Below, in pieces: positions 21,674 through 31,247 of a stretch of DNA of 64,000 bases. The notes beneath the pieces were generated by a model that saw only the letters and a list, made by a program, of their open reading frames with translations, was not told the origin of the DNA and searched no databases. A program made the translations under genes and the position numbers. Source of the stretch: Halodesulfurarchaeum sp. (GTDB lineage: Archaea; Halobacteriota; Halobacteria; Halobacteriales; Halobacteriaceae); NCBI GenBank assembly GCA_034520565.1, contig JAXHNL010000002.1, positions 1,120,001 to 1,184,000 on the forward strand. Reading direction: 5' to 3'. Numbering within the stretch: position 1 is the stretch's first letter; every line of letters begins with the position of its first letter.

Positions 21674-22261
21674 TCAGTCCCGCCTGACCTCGTGGCAGTT
21701 CCGACATCGGGCCTCGTAGGACTCCTCGGCCCCGACCACGATGGTCGGCTCGTCCACGTGGGCGGGTTCGCCGTCGACGAGTCGCTGGTTGCGCGTCGCC
21801 GGCTCGCCACAGACCGCACAGATGGCCCGGAGCTTGTCGACGTACTCGGCGTTGGCCATCAACTGCCCGAGGGGCTCGAAGGGTTCGCCACGAAACGTCT
21901 GGTCGGTGCCGCTGACGATCACCCGTCGACCCTCGTTTGCGAGGTCGTCGACGACCGCGACGAGTTCGACCGGGAAGAAATTCGCCTCGTCGATCGCGAC
22001 GACCGACTCCCCGTCCAACAGGTCGGGAATGGAGCGGACGCCCTCAGGCGTGTTGTCGACGACGGTCGCCTCCCAGGTGTGTCCGGCGTGGGAGCCCAGT
22101 TCGGCTTCCCCATAGCGGTCGTCGATGGCGGGCGTAAACGCCGCGACGGTCTGGCCCGCGATTTCGGTCCGCCGGAGCCGCCGGAGGAGTTCCTCGGTCT
22201 TCCCGGAGAACATCGAGCCCGAGATGACCTCGACCCAGCCGTTCTCCCTGATCGCGCGCAT
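21674..22261 (-). CDS. tdk: thymidine kinase (TK1-type)
   Basis: GSMFSGKTEELLRR, IDEANFF, GTDQTFRGEPF, CAVC...YEARCRNC. Confidence 0.95.
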   Translation of the reverse strand: MRAIRENGWVEVISGSMFSGKTEELLRRLRRTEIAGQTVAAFTPAIDDRYGEAELGSHAGHTWEATVVDNTPEGVRSIPDLLDGESVVAIDEANFFPVELVAVVDDLANEGRRVIVSGTDQTFRGEPFEPLGQLMANAEYVDKLRAICAVCGEPATRNQRLVDGEPAHVDEPTIVVGAEESYEARCRNCHEVRRD

Positions 22262-22290
22262 ATCTCGAACGGGGACCTCCGCCACTAAAA

Positions 22291-22878
22291 TCAGTCCGAT
22301 TCCTCGTCGTGTGCGCCGACGTTGTGTCGCCCCTCGAAGCTGATCGGATCCGGCTCGATGAAGGCGTACTCGACGATCCGCTGCCCGAGCGTCTCGAGGC
22401 GGTTCTCCAGATCCGGATCGGTGATCTGCCCGGCCGTGACTGCCTCGCCCGAGTCCGGTATCGCCGCCTGGAACGGCAGCACCCAGGCGTCGAGTGCCCG
22501 AAGGACGCCCCGGAGGTGATCGAGGGCAGGGAGGGGGAATCCACCTCCGGCGACTGCGAGCAGGCCGACAGTGGTATTTTCGAACTCGTCGAAGCCACAG
22601 TAATCGAGGGCGTTCTTGAGAGGGGCCGAATAGGAGCCGTGATAGACCGGGGTTCCGAGCAGAACCGCGTCGAGGTTCCGGATCTCGGTCCTGAATTCCG
22701 GGGCGTCGCCGGCATCCCTGTCGTCCGCGTCGTAGACTGGCAGGTCGTACTCCCTGAGATCGATCAGATCGGCCGTCCCGCCGTGGTCCTCGACGGACGC
22801 AAGCGCCCGCTGTAGTCCGACTCGCGTCACGCTTTCCTCGCGCAAGCTGCCGACGATCGCACCGATGGTGGGTGACAT
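22291..22878 (-). CDS. NADPH-dependent FMN reductase
   Basis: GSLREES and TPVYHGSYSAPLKNALD flavodoxin-like motifs. Confidence 0.9.
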   Translation of the reverse strand: MSPTIGAIVGSLREESVTRVGLQRALASVEDHGGTADLIDLREYDLPVYDADDRDAGDAPEFRTEIRNLDAVLLGTPVYHGSYSAPLKNALDYCGFDEFENTTVGLLAVAGGGFPLPALDHLRGVLRALDAWVLPFQAAIPDSGEAVTAGQITDPDLENRLETLGQRIVEYAFIEPDPISFEGRHNVGAHDEESD

Positions 22879-22947
22879 ACGAGAACGGTTGTGGCGTTCG
22901 GTACGTAAAGTGGTGGGCGGAGCGAGGGAGCCGGTTCCGCCGGCGGG

Positions 22948-23861
22948 TCACTCCCGGAGCCGCACAGTCGGGGGGTCGGATTCCTTCTCGACGGCGACCA
23001 ACCCGTCCGCCTCGAGGTCTGCAAGCAGTCCGTCGAACCACTCTCGCCCGTGCTCTCCCGTCGGTGTATAGTCCACGCGAACCCGGTGGCCCAGATCGTC
23101 GATCGGCAATTCCCCGTGCTCGCCAAGCGTGCGGACGATCTGTCCCCTGAACTGTCTCCGGCTCCCCTCGAAGGCGGGCTGGGTCGGGACGTCCGGCGCG
23201 GTGAAATCTCCGGTTTCGTAGGCGTGACACCACTCCCGCCACGGGCAATTTGCCCCGTCACAGCGCGGTGTCTTCGAACAGGCGACCCCGCCGAGTTCCA
23301 TGATGGCGTTGTTCCACCGGCCGGGCGCGTCCGGTGGTACCAGTTCATCGGCTGCTGACTCGAAGACAACCTCGTCGTCCGGAACGCCGAACGCGCGGTG
23401 GAGCACTCGCTTCACGTTCGTGTCGACCACGGCGCCGCCGGTGTCGAAGGCAAAGGAGGCGACGGCCGTGGCGGTGTAGGGACCGACGCCCATGAGCGTT
23501 TCCAACTGGTCGGGTTCGGTGGGTAACTCGCCGCCGAACTCCGAAACCACCTGCTGGGCTGCCTCGTGGAGGTATTTCGCCCGGTTGTTGTAACCGAGGC
23601 TGTGGGCACTCCAGAAGGCGACCACGTCGCTTCGGTCGGCGTCGGCGAGTGCATCGATCGTCGGCCAGCGCTCGATAAACGCGTTCCAGGGCTCGACGAT
23701 TCGATCGAGCTGGGTCTGCTGGCTCATCACCTCGGAAACCAGGATCTCGTAGGGGTCGCCGGTTTCCCGCCACGGGAACGACCGGTGGTCGGCCTCGTAC
23801 CACGACAGGAGTGCCGCCCGAATCGCGTCCAGTCTGCGTCGAAGTCGAGTGAACCGGCCAT
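22948..23861 (-). CDS. mutY: A/G-specific adenine glycosylase MutY (one base missing near 23833)
   Basis: WYEADHRSFPWRETGDPYEILVSEVMSQQT, LGYNNRA, GVGPYTA HhH, VDTNVKRV and C-x5-C-x4-C-x5-C Fe-S motif; the ATG at 23861 is out of frame by one base. Confidence 0.9.
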
Positions 23862-24007
23862 TGCGAGTAGTCGGCGTGAATTTGACCGCCGGGGTCCTTA
23901 CAAGCGTGGTGATGGCGAACGTTCGCGATTGTAGCTCGGCAGCCTTTCTCGAATACGAATCTTATTCGTCCGAAACGGGTTTTTCCGTGGGTCCGCGACG
24001 GTGTTCC

Positions 24008-24328
24008 ATGAGTCTCGACGAACTCACCGACGCCGTCGAAAGCTCCTATAGCGACCTCGACGGAACCGAATTGACGCTCGACCACGAAAGCCGGCTGGAA
24101 CTCGCCATGTTGCAAGCGGCCTTCGAGGAGGACGACCCCGCATCGCTCGTCTCGCGAGCCATTCACGTGCTCTTCCAGTCGACGGCCGAAACGGGAAAGC
24201 TCGATTTCCACCTCCGGGGGCGGTATGACGTAACCTACGACGAGTATCTCTCCGGGATGACCTACGACGACATGCCCGGGATGGGCGATTTTTCCGGCGG
24301 GGACGACGAGCGACGGTACCAGTTCTGA
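24008..24328 (+). CDS. conserved-looking acidic hypothetical protein
   Basis: MSLDELTDAV...GKLDFHLRGRYDVTYDEYLSGMTYDDM...RRYQF; acidic, with typical codon usage. Confidence 0.8.
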   Translation: MSLDELTDAVESSYSDLDGTELTLDHESRLELAMLQAAFEEDDPASLVSRAIHVLFQSTAETGKLDFHLRGRYDVTYDEYLSGMTYDDMPGMGDFSGGDDERRYQF

Positions 24329-24410
24329 CCTGATGCGGCTGCCCGTCGGGTGCCCGGAGGCAGTCAGCTTCGGCCCATGAGGTTTTTACTGCGCCGCCCG
24401 TGGGTCGAGT

Positions 24411-25577
24411 ATGGCTCGAATTGGACGGCTCGATCGCGATCGCATCGGGTGGTGGGCGATCGCGTTTGCGCTCGGGGCGCTGGTGCTCTATCTGCTGTAC
24501 TCGTTTCTTGGCACCTTCGTGTTCGGCATCTTCGTCTATTATGCGACCCGGCCGATTTACCGGCGGCTCAAACTGGTGATCCATAACGCTTCGCTGGCCG
24601 CGGCCACCTCGCTCCTGGCCCTCGTGTTGCCGGCCATCCTACTCGCGTTCTACACGATCGCGATCGCATTACAGGAGTTGAACAAGTTCATCGACCAACG
24701 GGACGTGGGCTATCAGCCCCTGGAATCGCTTCTTGCGCCCTACTTCGACGTTTCCGCGGTGATTGCCGACCCGCTTTCGCTGCTTTCGGGGCCGGATACG
24801 CTGGAGGCGATCCGGACGGTGCTTCAGGAGGCAAGCACCTATCTCGGCTTTTTCGGCCTCGGGGCGTTGCACCTGTTCGTCGTCATCGTCCTTGCCTTCT
24901 ATCTGCTCCGGGACGATCATCGACTCGCGGGCTGGTGGCGCCGCCGATTTTCCGACGACGAGGGCGTCATGGAGGCCTACATGACCCGGGTGGATCGGGA
25001 CTTCTCGAACATCTTCTTCGGGAACATCCTCAACGCGGCGATTACGGCCATCATCGGGGCTGCGGCGTACTCGACGCTCAACATGCTTTCACCGGCCGGA
25101 ATCGCGCTCCCGTATCCCGCGCTCCTCGGGCTGCTCACCGGCATCGCGAGCCTGATTCCGGTCATCGGGATCAAGATCGTCTACGTGCCCGGAGCGATCT
25201 ACCTCTTCGTCGTCTCGGGCGGGGAGCCGTCGCTTTTCTGGTTTCCCGTCCTCTTCGTCGTGGTCTCCTTTCTCATCGTTGATGTCATTCCGGACCTCGT
25301 GCTGCGACCCTACGTTTCGGGGCGCAACCTCCACCTCGGGATGGTGATGCTCGCCTACATCTTCGGGCCGCTGCTCTTTGGCTGGTACGGCCTCTTCTTC
25401 GGGCCGATGCTGCTGGTATTGCTCGTTCACTTCGTCGCGCTGGTGCTTCCGGAACTCCTCGCGGGGGCCCCGATCCAGCCGGAGACGATCGCCGATCCGA
25501 TGACCGTGGATAGCGTCTCCGAGAGCACGGGGGCCGGGAGCGAGTCGGATCAGTTGGGGGCCGGGAGCGAAGAATAG
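24411..25577 (+). CDS. AI-2E (PerM) family transporter
   Basis: Multi-TM protein with YYATRP, FYLLRD, SLIPVIG, LRPYVSG and FGWYGLFFGP. Confidence 0.9.
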   Translation: MARIGRLDRDRIGWWAIAFALGALVLYLLYSFLGTFVFGIFVYYATRPIYRRLKLVIHNASLAAATSLLALVLPAILLAFYTIAIALQELNKFIDQRDVGYQPLESLLAPYFDVSAVIADPLSLLSGPDTLEAIRTVLQEASTYLGFFGLGALHLFVVIVLAFYLLRDDHRLAGWWRRRFSDDEGVMEAYMTRVDRDFSNIFFGNILNAAITAIIGAAAYSTLNMLSPAGIALPYPALLGLLTGIASLIPVIGIKIVYVPGAIYLFVVSGGEPSLFWFPVLFVVVSFLIVDVIPDLVLRPYVSGRNLHLGMVMLAYIFGPLLFGWYGLFFGPMLLVLLVHFVALVLPELLAGAPIQPETIADPMTVDSVSESTGAGSESDQLGAGSEE

Positions 25578-25640
25578 CTAGCTCGAAGACTGGGCGACCC
25601 GGAGATTCAGGGAGCCATGTCTTGTGGAGGGGAATTCCGG

Positions 25641-25919
25641 TCAGTCGAGATCGACGTAATCGACTTCCCAGTCCCGCCGGGCTTCTATTTCCCGTCGTCC
25701 GCGACGGGTGACGGTGTAGAAGTTCGTCCGCTGATCGCGTTCGCCCTTGTCTATGAGCCCTTTATCGACGAGCGTGTCGAGATTGGGGTAGAGCCGTCCG
25801 TGGTGGATCTCCGATTCGTAATACTTCTCGAGTTCCTCCTTGATTGCGAGTCCGTGTGGCTCATCGAGACCCGCGACGACGTAGAGGAGATCCCGTTGAA
25901 AGCCTGTGAGGTCATACAT
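25641..25919 (-). CDS. PadR-family (RosR-like) winged-helix regulator
   Basis: MYDLTGFQRDLL...PHGLAIKEELE.YY..EIHHGRLYPNLD.LV.KGL...DQRTN.Y. Confidence 0.92.
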   Translation of the reverse strand: MYDLTGFQRDLLYVVAGLDEPHGLAIKEELEKYYESEIHHGRLYPNLDTLVDKGLIDKGERDQRTNFYTVTRRGRREIEARRDWEVDYVDLD

Positions 25920-26301
25920 GTGTGAACCCTGATACAGGATATTTGCCAAGTAACCATAAGTATATTGGCTTGTGAGTGTCTCGGATGGAGGGTAGCGGGG
26001 TGACCGCGATCTGAAACGTCATCCGAGTAAACAGCCAGGTTTTTGCTTTTGGGGGCGGTCGTTTCGAAATGGAGAGGCGTTTTTTCGTTCGCACGACGGC
26101 TTTGCCACTTGCCCCGTTGCCATGATGGCATTGCGACTCGGAATTCAGTTGTAAAAGGAAGCGGGATCGGAACCCGATCCCGCTGCCGCCCTGAGTTGGT
26201 CCCCGCTGACGCTTCGGCCCTCCAAAGCGAAGCGTCACTTGAAGCAAACGGATCCGGCGTCTTAAATCTACCGTCACCATCAACACTTCCCCCGGGTCCG
26301 G

Positions 26302-27228
26302 TCAGGCCCGGTCGAGTCGCGAGAGCCCCTGCCAGATGGCGTTGACGAGTTTCGTCTCCCCCGTCCCCTCGGCGTCGTCCCAGCCCCGGGCGAGGGCGTC
26401 TTCGAGCACTTCCAGCGAGTGGTTCTCGAAGTTGTTCACGCCGCGGAACGTCTCCAGGGCCTCTCGCTCGTCCGCAGCGAACGTCGCCGTCGGCGATCCG
26501 TCGTAGTGGCCGAGGCCGGCGAGGGCCTCGAGGACTGACGCCGCGGTGGGGCCGGAGAGCTCTCGCACGTCCTCGGGTGTCTCGCGTTCGAGCAGCGTCA
26601 CGTCGTAAATCCGGAAGACCCGCTCGAGTTCCGCGATCGGGGACTCGTGGTCGTCGACCCTGACGTCGATCCAGCGATCGTTTCGGCCGTCATAGCCGCC
26701 CTCGGGCTTGACGACGTACATGGCGGCTGACTGTTCGCCCCGTCGATCCCCGCCCGCTTCGTTTCCGGCCTCGAGGGCCGCGAGCAGCCGCTCCGGAAGG
26801 CCACCGTCGGTCGTCTCGTAGGCGTCGGCCATTGCCTCGATAGTATCTGGCCCTTCGAGGATGTTTCCCTGTATGGTGTACTGGTCCCCCTGGCGATCGC
26901 CCGCGTGATCGAGACATTCTTCGCCTGTGTACGCCGCGACGGAGCCGTCCGTTCCGACGACGCCAATCTGCCGGCTCTCGGCGTCCTCGTCAGCGGCGGT
27001 CAGTTCTTCGATCACCGTTTCCGCGTCGGCTCCCTCTCGAAGCAGTTCCAACCCATCTGGGCCGTAGGCCACGTTGGCGTAGCTCTGTGTGGCGATCGCT
27101 CCCGCGTCGGCCGCGGCGAACGGCACGACCGACCCGACGCTCACGAACTTCGACTGCACGGCGACGCCGAGTGCCTCCTGTTCCGGGTCCCGTGCCACGA
27201 TCGAGAACGTTGCCGGCCTGACTGGCAT
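26302..27228 (-). CDS. DUF1028 Ntn-hydrolase-like protein
   Basis: TFSIVARDP, GAIATQS, RQIGVV, QGNIL, GGDRRG.QSAA and DVRVDDH..PI.EL.R. Confidence 0.88.
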   Translation of the reverse strand: MPVRPATFSIVARDPEQEALGVAVQSKFVSVGSVVPFAAADAGAIATQSYANVAYGPDGLELLREGADAETVIEELTAADEDAESRQIGVVGTDGSVAAYTGEECLDHAGDRQGDQYTIQGNILEGPDTIEAMADAYETTDGGLPERLLAALEAGNEAGGDRRGEQSAAMYVVKPEGGYDGRNDRWIDVRVDDHESPIAELERVFRIYDVTLLERETPEDVRELSGPTAASVLEALAGLGHYDGSPTATFAADEREALETFRGVNNFENHSLEVLEDALARGWDDAEGTGETKLVNAIWQGLSRLDRA

Positions 27229-27314
27229 ACCGTCGCCTTTCGCCGGAGGAGCAAAAGGTTTGACCCGCCCGTGGCACCACGAGGCCTTTGGTCCCCGGGC
27301 GCGAAGCTTTCTTC

Positions 27315-28034
27315 ATGGAGGTTCGGGGAGAACGGGAGTGCAAGAACTGTGGCACCCGGTGGTCCTACTACGAGACGGGGAGCCCTGCCTGTCCGGAATG
27401 CGGGAGTCTGCAGAGCGTCGGCCTCGGCGAGCGACGACTCCACACCGACCGCCCCGCCGAACTCGACCTGGATCTGGCCATTGACGCGCTGTCCGAGGGG
27501 CGGTATCGAGCGGCCGGAGAGGCCGCCGACGAGACCGCCCGCGAATACGTCCGCCGCCGGGGATTTATCAACGCCGGTGAACTTCGGTCCCTGACGGATC
27601 AGTACCTTCTCGCAGCCGAGATTCGCCACGTGGCCCAGCTCTTGCGGCTCGTCACCCCTTCGCTGATCGACGACGGTGACATCGACCTCGAGTACGTCCG
27701 GACGCTGTTCGAGGCTGCGGCGACGGATGACCGTCCAGCGGCCGTGGACGTTCCGGATAGTATGGCCGGGCCGCGGGGACTGGGGGTTGCAGACGCGGTC
27801 GAGGCCTACCACGACGCGCTCAAACACTGGGTGGACGCCTCGGACGCCGAAGTGGCGGCTGGTGGGTTACTGGATCGATTGGACAGCCACGTCCGCCGGG
27901 TCAACGCCCTCGAGGGGACGATTGATCCCCAGGAGGCCGAGAAACTCGTCGCTGTGGCTCGCTCGCTGGGGACGTACGTGCGGACCGGCTCCGAACGGGC
28001 GGCGGTCGAACGGGCACTGGATTCACTCGAGTGA
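27315..28034 (+). CDS. zinc-ribbon-containing hypothetical protein
   Basis: RECKNCGTRWSYYETGSPACPECGS followed by a helical acidic domain. Confidence 0.8.
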   Translation: MEVRGERECKNCGTRWSYYETGSPACPECGSLQSVGLGERRLHTDRPAELDLDLAIDALSEGRYRAAGEAADETAREYVRRRGFINAGELRSLTDQYLLAAEIRHVAQLLRLVTPSLIDDGDIDLEYVRTLFEAAATDDRPAAVDVPDSMAGPRGLGVADAVEAYHDALKHWVDASDAEVAAGGLLDRLDSHVRRVNALEGTIDPQEAEKLVAVARSLGTYVRTGSERAAVERALDSLE

Positions 28035-28078
28035 CCGGCGACCATCCGATCGGGCGACGAATCAGTTTCGCTGCAGGG

Positions 28079-29326
28079 TCACTTGTAGAGGGGGTGCTCG
28101 TCGGTCAGTCGGTCGACTTCCTCGCTGACTTCGGTCAGCACGCTCTCGTCGTCGATGTTGTCGAGGACGCGGCCGATGAGCTGGCCGACCTCCCGCATCT
28201 CCGCCTCGTCGAACCCGCGGGTTGTGAGCGCCGGCGAGCCGATGCGGATGCCCGATGGCTCCTTGGCCGATCGAGTCTCGCCCGGAACGGTGTTGGCGTT
28301 GAGAACGATCCCGGTCTCTTCGAGGGCCTCCGCGGCGTCGTTCCCGGTGACCTCCGGATGGGAATCCCGCAGATCGACGAGGATCAGGTGGGTGTCCGTT
28401 CCGCCCGAGACGAGGGTGAAGCCCTGCTCTTGCATGGACTCTCCAAGCGCGCGAGCGTTGTCGACGACCTGCTCGATGTACTCGTCGAACTCGGGTTCGA
28501 GCGCTTCGCCGAAGCCGACCGCCTTTCCGGCGATGTTGTGCATCAGCGGGCCGCCCTGGATGCCCGGGAAGACGGTTCGGTCGATCACGTCGGCGTGTTC
28601 CTCGTCCGTCAGGATCATGCCCCCGCGCCCGGCCCGGATCGTCTTGTGTGTCGAGCCGGTGACGAAGTCCGCGATACCGACGGGATTGTCGTGAGCGCCT
28701 GCCGCGACGAGGCCGGTGATGTGAGCCATGTCGGCGAGGTGGTAGGCGCCCACGGCGTCGGCGGTTTCCTGGACGCGTTCCCAGTCGACCACTCGCGGGT
28801 ACGCCGAGTAGCCCGAGACGATGATGTCTGGCTCGAACTCGCGGGCGTGTTCGTCCAACCCTTCGTAGTCGATGCGGCCGGTCTCGGCGTCCATCTCGTA
28901 CTGCTCGACCTCGTAGAGCGTTCCCGAGAAGTTGACCGGATGGCCGTGGCTGAGATGACCCCCGTGTTCTAAGTCCAGCGAGAGGATCTTGTCGCCTGGC
29001 TCGAGGACGCTGAAGTACACCGCCATGTTCGCCTGGGTTCCGCTGTGTGGCTGAACGTTGGCGTGGTCCGCGCCCCAGAGTTCTTTGGCTCGCTGGCGGG
29101 CCAGTTCCTCGACCGTATCCGCGTTCTCACACCCGCCGTAGTAGCGGGCCCCGGGATATCCCTCCGCGTACTTGTTCGTGAGCGCGCTGCCCTGGGCTGC
29201 GAGGACGGCCTCGGAAACGTGGTTCTCGCTCGCGATCATCGCCAGCGTGTCCTCCTGCCGTGTCGTCTCGCCTTCGAGGGCCTCGGCAACCGCCGGATCA
29301 CTCGACTGTACCGGGTCGAAGTCCAT
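28079..29326 (-). CDS. glyA: serine hydroxymethyltransferase
   Basis: MIASEN, NKYAEGYPG.RYYGG, NVQPHSG, GGHLSHG, STHKT.R (PLP lysine) and PGIQGGP. Confidence 0.97.
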   Translation of the reverse strand: MDFDPVQSSDPAVAEALEGETTRQEDTLAMIASENHVSEAVLAAQGSALTNKYAEGYPGARYYGGCENADTVEELARQRAKELWGADHANVQPHSGTQANMAVYFSVLEPGDKILSLDLEHGGHLSHGHPVNFSGTLYEVEQYEMDAETGRIDYEGLDEHAREFEPDIIVSGYSAYPRVVDWERVQETADAVGAYHLADMAHITGLVAAGAHDNPVGIADFVTGSTHKTIRAGRGGMILTDEEHADVIDRTVFPGIQGGPLMHNIAGKAVGFGEALEPEFDEYIEQVVDNARALGESMQEQGFTLVSGGTDTHLILVDLRDSHPEVTGNDAAEALEETGIVLNANTVPGETRSAKEPSGIRIGSPALTTRGFDEAEMREVGQLIGRVLDNIDDESVLTEVSEEVDRLTDEHPLYK

Positions 29327-29450
29327 ACCTCATGTGGGAACGGGGCTCTTTGTAAGTCTGTCTACCCCTGAAAAATCCGCGACCGGGACCCGCTATCCTT
29401 TTGGCGCTGGTCCCGGTTGCAACGGCCATGCACGAAGGATGGGAGGACCA

Positions 29451-31193
29451 ATGGCCGTCGTACTGATCGGCGAGGGACCGGCTGTCGAATCCGCCGAGGC
29501 GATGCTCGAGGATTCGGACGTGGCAGTTACCCGGGGGAGCCTCGCGGACATCCCGGCGGCCGACCTGGCCATCGTGGTCGGGCTCGCCGGAAGCGAGGGG
29601 TTCGAGACCGCGAACCAGCGGGCGATCGAATCCGAAACGCCCTGGATCGCCGTCGAACTCGGGGGGATCGGTGGCGTGCCAGTGGCCGGACTGTCGGCTG
29701 CGGTCACCACCCTTCAGCCCGGCTACGTTTGCTATCAATGTCTCCGCTCGCGCGTTGCGGCAAACGGGGTCGACGGGGCCGACGAGGCGAGTGCCGAACG
29801 TCCGGCCGCACGACTCGCCGGCTCGTACGCCGGGCTCCAGGCGATTCGGGCGTTTTCTGGCGCGGAGGTCGCCGGCGTGGTCATCGAGGTCCCCTACGGA
29901 GAGCACTCCCTGCTTCCGGTACCGAACTGCCAGCATGCACCGGCCAGCGACCGCTCGCTCTCGCTTTCCGAGCACGATCGCACCCTCGAGAAGGCCATCG
30001 AGGCGGCCGAACGAGCCGTGGGCGGTCGGCTGGGAATCGTGCCCGCAATCGGCGAACACGATTCGTTTCCGCTCCCCTACTATCTCGCGACGGTGACCGA
30101 CACGTCCGGGTTTAGCGACGCCGTCGCTCCCGATCGGGCGGCAGGCGTTGCGCCCACGTGGGACGGCGCGTTCATGAAGGCGCTCGGCGAGGCCCTCGAA
30201 CGCTACAGTGCGGCTGTTTACCGGACCGACGACCTCAAGAGGGTGGCTCCGGCGGCGATCGACGGTCCCAAACTGGAGTCGTACGTCAGCGTCGGCAACG
30301 CTGCTGTTGGAACTGAAACTGGTGCTGACACCGACGCCGGCGCGGACGACTCGGGTGGGACGATTCCGGTCGTCGGCGGCATGGACCTCCACACCGAGAA
30401 CCCGGTCGAGCTTCCCGCTGACCTCGTGTTTTACCCACCACCGGACGGCGAGCACGGCATGGCGATCACGACCGGTCTCGGACTCGGGAGTGGCGGGGTC
30501 GGGGCAGTGCTGTCCGGCCTGTATGAGGTGATCGAGCGGGACGCCACCATGCTCGCCTGGTACTCCACGTTCGAGCCGCTGGGACTGGACGTGAGCGACG
30601 CGACCTTCGAGACGATGGTCGACCGGGTCCGGGGAAACGACCTCTCGGTTACCCCGCTGCTGGTTACCCAGGACGTCGACGTGCCGGTCATCTCAGTTGC
30701 CGTCCATCGCGAGGAGTACCCCCGATTTGCGCTCGGCTCGGCCGCGGACCTCGACGCCGAAACCGCGGCCGTTGACGCCCTTTCGGAGGCAATCCAGAAC
30801 TGGATGGAATTGCGGGATCTCGGACCCGACGAAGCGGCGGATGTCGGCGGCGAGATCGGCAGCTACGCCGAGGATCCGGGCGTCGCCGAATCGATGCTGG
30901 AACCCGCGGAGACCGTTCCGGCTGCCGCCGTCGGTCCCGAGGCCGTTCCCGAGGGCCGGGCCGAACTCGACGCGGTGCTCGATCGGATGGCCGACGCCGA
31001 CCTCGACGCCTTTGCGGCGTCAGTAACACCACGCGACGTCGAGCGGCTTGGATTCACCGCCGTCCGCGTGCTGTCGCCCTCGGCCCAGCCGCTTTTCGTC
31101 GACGAACCGATCTTCGGTGAGCGGGCTCGGACCGTTCCCGCCGACCTCGGGTTCGAACCCCGGCTCGACCGGGCGTTTCACCCCTATCCCTGA
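29451..31193 (+). CDS. YcaO-family protein with N-terminal E1-like region
   Basis: KALGEALERYS, TTGLGLG, GLYEVIERDA and ALSEAIQ ATP-binding motifs; C-terminal Pro-rich FHPYP; N-terminal CYQC and LPVPNC. Confidence 0.9.
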   Translation: MAVVLIGEGPAVESAEAMLEDSDVAVTRGSLADIPAADLAIVVGLAGSEGFETANQRAIESETPWIAVELGGIGGVPVAGLSAAVTTLQPGYVCYQCLRSRVAANGVDGADEASAERPAARLAGSYAGLQAIRAFSGAEVAGVVIEVPYGEHSLLPVPNCQHAPASDRSLSLSEHDRTLEKAIEAAERAVGGRLGIVPAIGEHDSFPLPYYLATVTDTSGFSDAVAPDRAAGVAPTWDGAFMKALGEALERYSAAVYRTDDLKRVAPAAIDGPKLESYVSVGNAAVGTETGADTDAGADDSGGTIPVVGGMDLHTENPVELPADLVFYPPPDGEHGMAITTGLGLGSGGVGAVLSGLYEVIERDATMLAWYSTFEPLGLDVSDATFETMVDRVRGNDLSVTPLLVTQDVDVPVISVAVHREEYPRFALGSAADLDAETAAVDALSEAIQNWMELRDLGPDEAADVGGEIGSYAEDPGVAESMLEPAETVPAAAVGPEAVPEGRAELDAVLDRMADADLDAFAASVTPRDVERLGFTAVRVLSPSAQPLFVDEPIFGERARTVPADLGFEPRLDRAFHPYP

Positions 31194-31247
31194 TGTCGTT
31201 GCTCGGGCGTGGGTTTGAATCCTCTCGCTGATAGAATCGACCGGTTC

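Noticed and set aside
25529-25571. Direct repeat GGGGCCGGGAGCGA x2 at the end of the AI-2E gene
   Set aside because: A short in-frame duplication (GAGSE) in a disordered tail, with no sign of function.
26040-26090. Replication origin (ORB-like words with G-run)
   Set aside because: No repeated ORB consensus and no adjacent orc1/cdc6 gene.
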